A stretch of DNA of 40,071 nt from the NCBI GenBank assembly GCA_037381445.1, contig JARRQT010000024.1:1-40071 (forward strand), written 5' to 3'. Below, piece by piece: positions 9,054-18,287 of this stretch. How positions within the stretch are numbered: the stretch's first letter is position 1; each line of letters begins with the position of its first letter. The notes under the pieces were generated by a model. The model did not search any database. It was not told the origin of the DNA and saw nothing but the letters and a program-made list of their open reading frames with translations. A program made the position numbers and the translations under genes. This stretch comes from Calditrichia bacterium. Lineage in GTDB: Bacteria > Calditrichota > Calditrichia > RBG-13-44-9.

Positions 9054-12000
9054 TTATTTTATCACCGCAAAACGGCCGATTTTCGTCCCCACCCCCGGGG
9101 CATCGATATGATAGATATACACGCCATAGGCGATCTCCTGCGATTCAAAAGACAATAAATCCCAGATTGCGAAATTTTCCCGGTTGTTTTTCTCTATTGT
9201 ATCAACCAGTTCACCGGTTATGGTATAAATCCGGATCGTGCATTTTTCCGGCAGATTTCTGAATTCAAGCCGCCGGTCATCGCGGGTGCCGGTCTGGATC
9301 CCGGCCTGTTCTGCGGAGCTGTAGGCAATGTAGGGATCCGGAACAACGATGACATCGTCCAGCCCATTGCGGGCTATTTGTTTATCAAAAACTGCCGCTT
9401 TGGTGGTAAAACTGAATTTGTCCCCGGGGTCAAAATTTTTGTATGAGAAAATGTAAAAGACATCTCCAGCCCCAGGGTAAACCGGATCGGCATAGGCGAT
9501 GCTGTCTTCTCCGGCCTTATTCTTTAGTGTATCCAGGACCGGCGGCGTAAATTTGACAGTATAAACGGCCTGGGTTAGACTGGTCCATCCGGGTTTTAGA
9601 ATGGTAACTTCTTCGGGCCAGTCCCAGCGGTGGTTTGCGAGGCCGGAGGTCGATTTCTCCTGGATAAAGAAATCCGTTCTTTCGCCGGTCCTGGAATTGA
9701 TAATCTTGAAATTCGTTCTTACCATTAGAGATCCAATTTTGATAGATGAGTCTGCGGGATTGATGAGTCTTCCGTCTGCAGCCGTGTCATAGTCGGTAAA
9801 ACGGAATTCAAAATCGGCTGGATAGGGTGCCGCGTCTCTTAATTCAGAGACATTCAGCGTGGTCCATTCATCGCTGAAATTTGTATTTGTTTCTATGGTT
9901 TTGAAACCGCTTTTGCCCCCCTTCGTACTGAGAGAGTCCAGAGCCACTTCATCGTCCTGCACAAACACTTTCACACCGTCGAACACCGGATTATCATCGC
10001 CTCCGTTGAGGGACAGGCTATTGGCCACCGGCTTAATCTGGTAGGTGATCGTAAACTTCTCACCGGCCGGCAGCGCCCCGGGGGAGGCGCCCCGGATTTT
10101 ACCGAAATCATAATTTATTATATAATTTGAAGGATCAATGATGGAGCCGGAAGAATTCTTGACCGTGACGGAACCCTCCAGGACTTTGGAAACGCCCTGA
10201 AATCCAACCAGCACCGTATCACGGGAAGTAAATGTGGAGGTATGCATCTCCGGGTCAATGACAGAATAGCCGGTCCTTATTGTGGCGGAATCCACCCGTA
10301 CACTGTCAAAAACTATCGAATATTTTTTCCCGTCAATCACCTTCAGGGGATCCAAAAACTCTACCCATACCTTGCCGGTGGGATCGCCTTCCTCCAGGGT
10401 GGCAGAGTTTTCAGGATCACTGCTCAGTTCGGGTGAAATAAATCCCTGCGCAGGACCTCCCGGCGTCACCATTGCAGTGTTGACATCCAGCGTAAACTCT
10501 CTGGTAACCGCGTTTCTCTGAATCGTGCGGGTGCATTCCGATGGCGGGATCACAGCAGCCACATCTCCGTGATCGTAGGAGCTTACGGAATAGAAATAGG
10601 TCACCCCGTTCTTCACATTATTGGAATCAACAAAAACATGGGAAAGGCCGGTATTATTGCCCAGGTCATAACGGACCCCCCTGCCCTGGTATTCCACCTC
10701 TGCCAGTCCTTTATATTCATTATCAAGGTCGAACTGGGCCGGTAATCCGCCGGCAGTCTGCAGCGGTTCCGAAAGATAGGCAATCCCCTTGGAATCCGTG
10801 ATGGTTTTGGTATCATTGAAACTGTAATCCTGACTGCGATATATTTTGTACCCCTCGAAATCATAACCCTTATGGGGATCATCGGGATTTGCACGTGAAA
10901 TAAAGGGGTCAAAAGACTGCTCAGCACCGGTGTCCCAGTACAAAGTCACTTTTTTGTCTCCGGGAACAGCTACCAGATGCGGCTTTCTGGGCGGCTGGGC
11001 AAATCGGTAATCCGATTCAAACACCTGCTGTGAAATCTGCGCATTCTGAAGGAGATCATTGAAATTCTCCCCCAGAAGAAGCGCAATCGAAAACCGGAAG
11101 CTCTCGCCGGGCTCAAGGGAGAAAGGACCGTCGCCATAAATAAATACATTGTCGGCTGTCTGCAAAATATTGGGGGGCGGGTCGTTGGGACCCAGATTAT
11201 TTGTTGAAATCGTACTCCACATCAGGTCATCATTTTTCGGACGGTTATTTCCTGCATAGCTCAACGCATTAAAACTGGTCAGACCCAGCTGATCGGACTC
11301 GGCAATGTCCAGAAATCCGAAATTCGGCTCACCGCCGGCAAAACGCATTCCCTGCTCGCGGCTTTCCGAATACGGCTCACCGGTACTGAAAATGCCGTCA
11401 CCGTTGATATCACGATAAAAAAGCTGGGTGGGTTTGCCATCGCCCTCCCCGTAATCACCCGTTCCGGGAATTCCGTCCACACCTACATCGTCAAAATCGG
11501 GATTCCAGTCCCCGTCCTCATCACCCTGCCAGCGTTCTTTATTCAGCCGCGGATCAAAAATTTGCGTCCCCGCATCGTTGAACTGGCTTTCATCCAGCAT
11601 ACCGTCATTATCGTTGTCGATACCGTCATTATCCAATCCGGGGCTTTCCAGAAAGCGGTACCCAAAATAGCCGGGGATCTTTTTACCGTCGCCCACGCCA
11701 TTATCATCCCAGGCATAGACCATATTATAGGTATTTTCCGGATACTTGTCCCGGTCCCAGACTGAGATAAAACCGGCATCATCATCGGAATAATCATTCG
11801 CCCCGCCCACATGCGGATCTCCGAACATACCCAGATAAATCTTGTCCAGTTTTTTGGGACTCACATTGGTGATGGTATAAACCAGGAAAATCAGGTCTTC
11901 AGCCAGGGGATTGTTAAATTGAAAAATCCGCACCTGCAGCTCCAGGCCCAGACCCCGCATCGTTGAATCCTGGGGATCGGGGTAATACGGATATTCCGCA

Positions 12001-12671
12001 TTATCGAAATCATCCATCACATAGAACACTTCTTCATCAGGTGTGGTGGCGTCATCCCCCAGGAAAGCGGGCCAAACATATCGTCCCAGTGCCGCATTAT
12101 ACCAGTTCTCCGGCCAGCTGTCCGGCTTGCCATCCAGATTTTCGTCCAAGTCGGAAAAATGCGCCAGTGCCGGAGAATTCGGATCAGAGAAACCTTTTTT
12201 AGGCTCCCAACCCCATTTATTATCTGTGCCGGGCTCATAGTCACCGTCTGCTCTTAAGATGAATCCGTCGTCAACAATATGCAGCGTTTCGCCGTCTTTG
12301 CCGGTCACTTCTGCCCCCACCAGCGGTCCAAATTCGAAAGCATATCCCAGGCTGTTCGGTCCTTTCGGCCAGACCAGGTCCGCGTTCGAATTATCGGCGT
12401 TTGGGGTGGAGATAGAACCCTGATTAGTCAGCAGGACCCGGATCTGGTTGCCGCTGATAATGGTCTCTTTCAGGATTTCATGACGCGGATCTTCCTGCAG
12501 TGCTTTGCTCAGGCTTTTTATTTGTTTGCTTCCCAGTTCCCAGCGCTGTTCGGAGGTCAACTGTTTATAGTCCGTTTTCTGCAGGTTCTTATCGCCGGCC
12601 AGGCCGTTGACCACCATCATGAATAAAACCAGCAAAAAAGTATAAATATCTTTTATTGTCAATTCTTTCAT
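9054..12671 (-). CDS. Large (~1205 aa) secreted protein with acidic Ca-binding motifs, FN3 domain and atypical T9SS-like C-terminal domain
   Basis: Start MKELTIK after GAGG, with a hydrophobic leader. DxDxDG motifs. FN3 segment PPRKPHLVAVPGDKKVTLYWD..FEGYKIYRS..YFYSVSSYD. C-terminus VIVVPDPY..IRIYTITGELV..WDL..GVYIYHI..GRFAVIK. Confidence 0.85.
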   Translation of the reverse strand: MKELTIKDIYTFLLVLFMMVVNGLAGDKNLQKTDYKQLTSEQRWELGSKQIKSLSKALQEDPRHEILKETIISGNQIRVLLTNQGSISTPNADNSNADLVWPKGPNSLGYAFEFGPLVGAEVTGKDGETLHIVDDGFILRADGDYEPGTDNKWGWEPKKGFSDPNSPALAHFSDLDENLDGKPDSWPENWYNAALGRYVWPAFLGDDATTPDEEVFYVMDDFDNAEYPYYPDPQDSTMRGLGLELQVRIFQFNNPLAEDLIFLVYTITNVSPKKLDKIYLGMFGDPHVGGANDYSDDDAGFISVWDRDKYPENTYNMVYAWDDNGVGDGKKIPGYFGYRFLESPGLDNDGIDNDNDGMLDESQFNDAGTQIFDPRLNKERWQGDEDGDWNPDFDDVGVDGIPGTGDYGEGDGKPTQLFYRDINGDGIFSTGEPYSESREQGMRFAGGEPNFGFLDIAESDQLGLTSFNALSYAGNNRPKNDDLMWSTISTNNLGPNDPPPNILQTADNVFIYGDGPFSLEPGESFRFSIALLLGENFNDLLQNAQISQQVFESDYRFAQPPRKPHLVAVPGDKKVTLYWDTGAEQSFDPFISRANPDDPHKGYDFEGYKIYRSQDYSFNDTKTITDSKGIAYLSEPLQTAGGLPAQFDLDNEYKGLAEVEYQGRGVRYDLGNNTGLSHVFVDSNNVKNGVTYFYSVSSYDHGDVAAVIPPSECTRTIQRNAVTREFTLDVNTAMVTPGGPAQGFISPELSSDPENSATLEEGDPTGKVWVEFLDPLKVIDGKKYSIVFDSVRVDSATIRTGYSVIDPEMHTSTFTSRDTVLVGFQGVSKVLEGSVTVKNSSGSIIDPSNYIINYDFGKIRGASPGALPAGEKFTITYQIKPVANSLSLNGGDDNPVFDGVKVFVQDDEVALDSLSTKGGKSGFKTIETNTNFSDEWTTLNVSELRDAAPYPADFEFRFTDYDTAADGRLINPADSSIKIGSLMVRTNFKIINSRTGERTDFFIQEKSTSGLANHRWDWPEEVTILKPGWTSLTQAVYTVKFTPPVLDTLKNKAGEDSIAYADPVYPGAGDVFYIFSYKNFDPGDKFSFTTKAAVFDKQIARNGLDDVIVVPDPYIAYSSAEQAGIQTGTRDDRRLEFRNLPEKCTIRIYTITGELVDTIEKNNRENFAIWDLLSFESQEIAYGVYIYHIDAPGVGTKIGRFAVIK

Positions 12672-12757
12672 AACCTCTTCCATCTTAAATTATAATGATC
12701 TCTATTTCATTGTCTGCTAAAACTAGTTTAAATACCTGTCTGTTTTGTCCGGCAATT

Positions 12758-15601
12758 TCAGAACATAAAAGTCATACCCCACCGTATAAGCCGGGGGGAG
12801 CTGAGATAATCCTCACGCTGATAAAAATCGTTTAAATATTTCACCGGGAAAAAATCGTTGGGCTGGGAAGCAATCGTCCCACGCAGATTGTCAAAGAGTG
12901 TCGGATTGGTTGCTTCTTCCAGGCTTGACAGTGAATGTCCCGTATCGGTATGGATCAGCAACTCATTCTTAGTATCGAAAACGTTATCGACATTCATGAA
13001 TATGGAAAAGCGCATATTGCTCAGATGAAAGAACTTCTCAAGCTTTAAATCCAGATTTTTTATCCAGGGGCGCCGCGAGCTGTTGACGTCGAAAGTTATG
13101 GGCTGAATGGAGGAGGGAACGCTGGGTGTATAGGGAGTTCCGGATTCGAGAGAGCCGATGGCGCTGATGCTCCAGTTATTTGCTTTACTGAGGGTTAATG
13201 TACTTTTTATGGTATGGGTACGGTCAAAATCGAGCGGCACCAGCTTCTGCGCGGTTGATCTGCCGGTGCGGGTATCGACGGCAAGCGCGAGCGGATCGGT
13301 GTAAGAGCCCATGCCAACCTGGAAGGTATAGTCGAGGGAAGCGGACAACAAGCCGCGGGCCGAGCGGCGCTTCAGAAAGGCAACCGTAAAACCCTTTATT
13401 TTCGCGTAGCCAATATTTGTGTAGACATTAAACTCTTTATCTACAGCCACTTCACCGGCAATAACCCGGCGATCATCAATCAAATTGTTGACATCCTTAT
13501 AGAAAGCCGTCAAATCCATTTTAATATCACTGGTAAACTGCTGCTGCAGGCCGAGCTCGTACTGAACACTTCGTTCGGGTTCCAGATTCGCATTTCCGAA
13601 TGAGGGCGTCTGGATGAAGCTGTAATCCTCAAACCGCAGATTCCGATAGATTTTACGGAGAATGGGGTATTGATAAAAAATGCCGTAGGAAAAGCGAATG
13701 ATACCCTGTGAGGTAATGGGAAAGCTGAAGCTGAGCCGCGGCATTACCCGTTGCTTCGGTTTTGTGCTTTTTAAAAACTGGGGTTGGCTAACTCCTTCAT
13801 CTACGGTGCCGGCCAGATCCGGATTATAGCGGGAGCGGGCATTAAAATATTCGTAGCGGAGACCGATATTGAAAATAAATTGACTGGCCAGCTCCATCTT
13901 ATCGAGAACATAAAAAGCGCCCTGCACAGGTTCAGGTGAGTAATTCTGGTAATCCACAAAATTAGGATTCTGCTCCGGCGTTGGGATAATAAACCGCCCC
14001 TGATTCGGCGCAATCGATTCAAACAGCATGACATAGTTCTCGTTTTCCAGACGATGATAAGCGAATTCACCGCCGAACTTAAGCTCATGATTCCGCAGAA
14101 CCTGACTCGCCACGTCCAGCTTCGCCAGGTAGGTCGTGCTATATTCTTCCGCCCGATTTAAATCGCTGCCCCCCGCAACGTAATCGGTCGGCTGGATCAT
14201 TTGATTTATAATATCATTTCCGTAACTGGGGACATAACGGAGATCGGTCGCATCCTTGTAGAGAGCGGTGGTAGCCTTATTAAAATTGACACCCAGCTTC
14301 AGGGTATAAAAAGTCTTTTTGCTCAAGGTATGCGTGATACCAAAAGAATGGCTGGCATTGATGCTCCAGGTTTTTGGGGTCCCGTCCGGCGTAAAGCGGA
14401 AACGCCTGAACACGTTGATCCCATTTGCCAGGCGGTTTTGATGCACACCATTGTCATATATCAGATCATATGTCAGGCTGATCCGGTTATTGGGCTTCCA
14501 GGTCAGCTTTCCGGTGAGATTCAAATCCTTGCGGGTCACCATGGGGACCCAGGAACCGTCTCCACTGGCGCCTGCCCGCGAAGGATCGGCTGAAATAAGT
14601 ATGGTATTATTGGGGCCGGGTGAAAAAGAGAACCCTCCCGGATCGATTAAAATTTGATCTCCCTGCAAGGTCATCAAATCTTCAGGATTATAAACTCTGA
14701 TGCCGTAAAGATAACCATTATCCTGTAATCCGACGCCCGAGGCAAAAAATGTCAGCTTGTTTCCAAAAAGCGGGACGGGACCTCCAAGAGTCCACTCCAC
14801 TCTTTTATAATTGAGCGGATCAATGGCGTCGATGTTTGGAAAAACATTGCTGTGCGAGCTGAAATAATCTCCGCTCCAGGCCTTAAGGCTCGCGTCATAT
14901 CTGGAACCGCCATCCTTGGTTACAAAATTGATCACGCCGCTCAGCGCATTTCCGTATTCCGCGCTGAATGTTCCTGCGGATACGGATACTTCCTCCACAG
15001 CATTGGGAGAGATCCCCACTCCCTGGCTGTTTCCGAAGGGATTGTTGATGGATAATCCGTTGATCTGATAGGAAATTTCATCGGAACGGCCGCCGCGGAT
15101 ATGAATATTTCCGCTGTTATCCACAACCACCCCTGCCTGAAGGGAAATGACGTCGTTTATCTGATCAACGGGAAGCTCATCCAGCTTCTCGGAGGTAATG
15201 GCAACCTGCGTATTTGTCAGGTCCGCCCTGACCAGCGGATTTCTTTCACCGACTACCTCGACTGCAGACATTTCCAGCGAACTGGCTTTCAAAGTCTGGT
15301 TCACGCGCGCAGTAAAGTCAACATTTACTCTTACATTTTTTACCTCCACACTTTGGTAGCCCAGATAGCTGATAGTCACCGTGTATAAGCCCGGGGGCAC
15401 ATTCAGAATGACGTAGGTACCGTCAGCATCGGTAGCGGCCCCGAGACTCGTACCATTAATGACGATATTCACGCCAATCAATGGGTCGCCAGTCTCGGCA
15501 TCGGTGATAACGCCCATAATCTTTCCGGTGGTACCGGCAAACACATTTATTGCAAACAACAAAATGGAGAGAGTGCAAAGAAACAATCTCTTTTTTGACA
15601 T
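12758..15601 (-). CDS. TonB-dependent receptor with N-terminal carboxypeptidase-regulatory-like domain
   Basis: Start MSKKRLF after GAGG. GTTGKIMGVITDAETGDPLIGVNI..GAATDADG domain. Plug IHIRGGR..GTFSAEYGNALSGVINFVTKDG. Barrel motifs GLRYEY, GNANLEPERSVQYELG, FYKDV. C-terminal Phe (WGMTFMF). Confidence 0.93.
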   Translation of the reverse strand: MSKKRLFLCTLSILLFAINVFAGTTGKIMGVITDAETGDPLIGVNIVINGTSLGAATDADGTYVILNVPPGLYTVTISYLGYQSVEVKNVRVNVDFTARVNQTLKASSLEMSAVEVVGERNPLVRADLTNTQVAITSEKLDELPVDQINDVISLQAGVVVDNSGNIHIRGGRSDEISYQINGLSINNPFGNSQGVGISPNAVEEVSVSAGTFSAEYGNALSGVINFVTKDGGSRYDASLKAWSGDYFSSHSNVFPNIDAIDPLNYKRVEWTLGGPVPLFGNKLTFFASGVGLQDNGYLYGIRVYNPEDLMTLQGDQILIDPGGFSFSPGPNNTILISADPSRAGASGDGSWVPMVTRKDLNLTGKLTWKPNNRISLTYDLIYDNGVHQNRLANGINVFRRFRFTPDGTPKTWSINASHSFGITHTLSKKTFYTLKLGVNFNKATTALYKDATDLRYVPSYGNDIINQMIQPTDYVAGGSDLNRAEEYSTTYLAKLDVASQVLRNHELKFGGEFAYHRLENENYVMLFESIAPNQGRFIIPTPEQNPNFVDYQNYSPEPVQGAFYVLDKMELASQFIFNIGLRYEYFNARSRYNPDLAGTVDEGVSQPQFLKSTKPKQRVMPRLSFSFPITSQGIIRFSYGIFYQYPILRKIYRNLRFEDYSFIQTPSFGNANLEPERSVQYELGLQQQFTSDIKMDLTAFYKDVNNLIDDRRVIAGEVAVDKEFNVYTNIGYAKIKGFTVAFLKRRSARGLLSASLDYTFQVGMGSYTDPLALAVDTRTGRSTAQKLVPLDFDRTHTIKSTLTLSKANNWSISAIGSLESGTPYTPSVPSSIQPITFDVNSSRRPWIKNLDLKLEKFFHLSNMRFSIFMNVDNVFDTKNELLIHTDTGHSLSSLEEATNPTLFDNLRGTIASQPNDFFPVKYLNDFYQREDYLSSPRLIRWGMTFMF

Positions 15602-16287
15602 ATTACAGACCTCATTAATCAATAGCTTGTTTGATACAATTAGTAAAAATGCTAAAACCGAGTATTTAATTGATGGATTTTGGTTAACGGTTCTATCACA
15701 TTGTTGCTTTTTATGACTCGAAAATGAAGGATAATTAAAAATATTATTTTAAGAACAAACGCGATGCTGTTACAGATCTACTTCCATAAGTAATCGTAAA
15801 TCTCCCTACCCAAGAAAATTTCACACTCCAGAAATATTGGTTAAAAGGTTTAAATTAAAATCTCCAATTTCTACATTTTACTATATTAAACCTGTGCAGC
15901 TGGCGCTGCCTGCTGACTAAACAGGAAAGTTATTCCGCCGATTTGTTTTTGTCGAGTTCATTGAACATCCGTTTTGATAGTTTGAAAATAATACAATTTT
16001 CTAAGAATGTGGTAATGTTTTTTTGGAAATATCGGAAATATAAGCAAACTGAAATCCCGCACCCTCTTCTTTTGGAAGACCGCTGAAAACTGAAATAGGG
16101 AGGACCTAAACAAAACTGCTGAAATGTTATTCCTGGCGATCATCATCGTTGTTTCCGAATTCCTGGATCCCCAATCACCCGATTCTGCTTCAGTTCGGAC
16201 GATTAAGCTTGTTTATTTTCGGGTTATATATCGTTTTCGCAATGAAGGCTTCTTAGTGCTAATATAGTATACAAAATTGCCAAAAAA

Positions 16288-16317
16288 TTGGTAGAAAAGC
16301 CGCATAGCAAATATAAT
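16288..16317 (+). promoter_or_regulatory. Candidate sigma70-type promoter for the rightward T9SS cargo genes
   Basis: TTGGTA (16288-16293), 18 nt, TATAAT (16312-16317), ~45 nt upstream of the AGGAGG-led start at 16361. Confidence 0.4.
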
Positions 16318-16360
16318 ATTAACTTTGACGCATTCTTAATTTCAACACAAAGGAGGATTT

Positions 16361-18169
16361 ATGATGAACCGTTTCTACCGGAGACTTCTGGGAGGGTTTT
16401 CCCTGATTTTTATTGGTTTTATGTTGTCCCAGGCGCAGTTGATATCAGGAGACAACGATTTCAGACTGGGCGCTGTCAACCCGCTTGCCAGCACTGCGGA
16501 CACCCTGACTTCCGATGCCGGTCGCGGCATATGGGTGGCGCATGATCCTGATCTGGATAACGATGGGTTGCCTGAAATTATTGTAACTGACTATCAGATG
16601 GGCGGCCGTGTTTTTGTGTATGAGGTCGTCGGAAACGATAAACTTGAATTTGTCTGGGCTTCGCCGGTAATCGATTCCACCCGCGCCGGCGGCGGTCTAT
16701 CTCCCCGGTCAGTCACCACGGGAGATTTTGATAATGACGGGAATCAGGAAATCGTTGTTCCCATTGGTCTTTCCGCCAGCGATTCCGCTGAGGCCGCAAC
16801 AAGGGGACTCTATTTCTATGAATTTACCGGAAACGACAACGACTATGGGACCGAACCGGCCTACCGATTAACCTATGAAGCCATCGACAGCGCATTTGCC
16901 CTGCTCAACCAGGGCACCGTCGAGAATGGGATACGCGTGCAGGATATCGATCATGACGGAAAGAGTGAACTGCTTTATCCTCCCCGCCAGACAACTGTTT
17001 TCAATGCGAAACTGTACATACTCCAGGTTTCCTCCGGCACATTTGAGAATAAGGATGTGGTGATTGATCACGAATACACCTATGAGGGTATGGTGCAGCC
17101 TGCCATCATTAAGCCGGACAGCTATGTGCCTTGCGGCACTGAAATTGGCGATGTAGATAATGACGGTCTGGATGAAATAATTGTAGCCGGCTGGACAAGC
17201 ATTGCTTCAGGCGCCGGTCTGGGTTTCATTCAGATTAACGGACCCGACTCTTATACGGACGGAAGTGTCATCAAATTGAGTGACTTCAGCGCCTTTATTG
17301 TAAAATCGAAGCCGCTTTTTACAAAGATAAATGGTGAACCGGTCATATTTGTGCAGGGAACAAATTCCAGCACCCTGGAAAGTCAAATGTGGATTGTGAG
17401 TGATATCCTGCTGGATGAGCTTGCAACAAGTGACAATGTAACCCCGTTGTTCTCAGACTTAGGGTATTGGAGCGCCTGGGCCCTGGGTGATCAGGACCAT
17501 CCGACCGACGATCCCGGGGATGGTGTCGATCTTTACCTCAGCGGAGGCGCCCGGATGTATGATATTGAGTATGCCGGCAGCGGAGATGTCACGTCCACCA
17601 GCAATTATACGGTGAAACAAATCTACAATCTCAGCCAGATTTATGACAATATGGACGGCCTCTTCAATGACGTATATGCAGAACCGGGAATGGATCTGGA
17701 TAAAGACGGATTGAGAGATTTTGTTGCAGCCTACAAAGGTTCACCCATCGATACTCTTGCCGGCATTTCCTTGGCGAAAAACGGGCTTCATATTTACTTT
17801 TTTGAATGGGGCGATTCCACCCAGTCAATAAACCTGTCGGATTGGATGACCGGCATCCAGGCTAAAGAAGCGAAAATCATAACTCCCGATGATTACCGCC
17901 TCGAGCAAAATTATCCAAATCCGTTTAATCCGACGACTACCATCGAATTTTCGCTCCCACTGTCAAAGACCATCAGCCTGAAAATCTATAATACGCTGGG
18001 ACAGGAAGTCCGCACACTTATCAATAACCAAAAATATGCTCCGGGAGATCATCTTGCGGAATGGGATTCAAGGGATAATTACGGTCATCCGGTGGCAAGC
18101 GGCGTTTATATCTATAGATTGACTTTCGGCAATTTCTCAAAATCGGGGCGAATGACTCTGATCAGATAA
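16361..18169 (+). CDS. T9SS-secreted FG-GAP-like repeat protein with type A CTD
   Basis: AGGAGG RBS and signal peptide. Repeats DLDNDGLPEI, DFDNDGNQEI, DIDHDGKSEL, DVDNDGLDEI, DLDKDGLRD. CTD LEQNYPNPFNPTT..GVYIYRL..RMTLIR. Confidence 0.88.
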   Translation: MMNRFYRRLLGGFSLIFIGFMLSQAQLISGDNDFRLGAVNPLASTADTLTSDAGRGIWVAHDPDLDNDGLPEIIVTDYQMGGRVFVYEVVGNDKLEFVWASPVIDSTRAGGGLSPRSVTTGDFDNDGNQEIVVPIGLSASDSAEAATRGLYFYEFTGNDNDYGTEPAYRLTYEAIDSAFALLNQGTVENGIRVQDIDHDGKSELLYPPRQTTVFNAKLYILQVSSGTFENKDVVIDHEYTYEGMVQPAIIKPDSYVPCGTEIGDVDNDGLDEIIVAGWTSIASGAGLGFIQINGPDSYTDGSVIKLSDFSAFIVKSKPLFTKINGEPVIFVQGTNSSTLESQMWIVSDILLDELATSDNVTPLFSDLGYWSAWALGDQDHPTDDPGDGVDLYLSGGARMYDIEYAGSGDVTSTSNYTVKQIYNLSQIYDNMDGLFNDVYAEPGMDLDKDGLRDFVAAYKGSPIDTLAGISLAKNGLHIYFFEWGDSTQSINLSDWMTGIQAKEAKIITPDDYRLEQNYPNPFNPTTTIEFSLPLSKTISLKIYNTLGQEVRTLINNQKYAPGDHLAEWDSRDNYGHPVASGVYIYRLTFGNFSKSGRMTLIR

Positions 18170-18287
18170 ACCGGATTTTTCCTTCTTTATTCAGCGGGGA
18201 GCGGGGAATTTCCCGAATTTGTCGCTCCTCCATATTCTTATCTTATAAATAATTTTCTTTGCTCACCTTAATACAGGAGATATCAAT

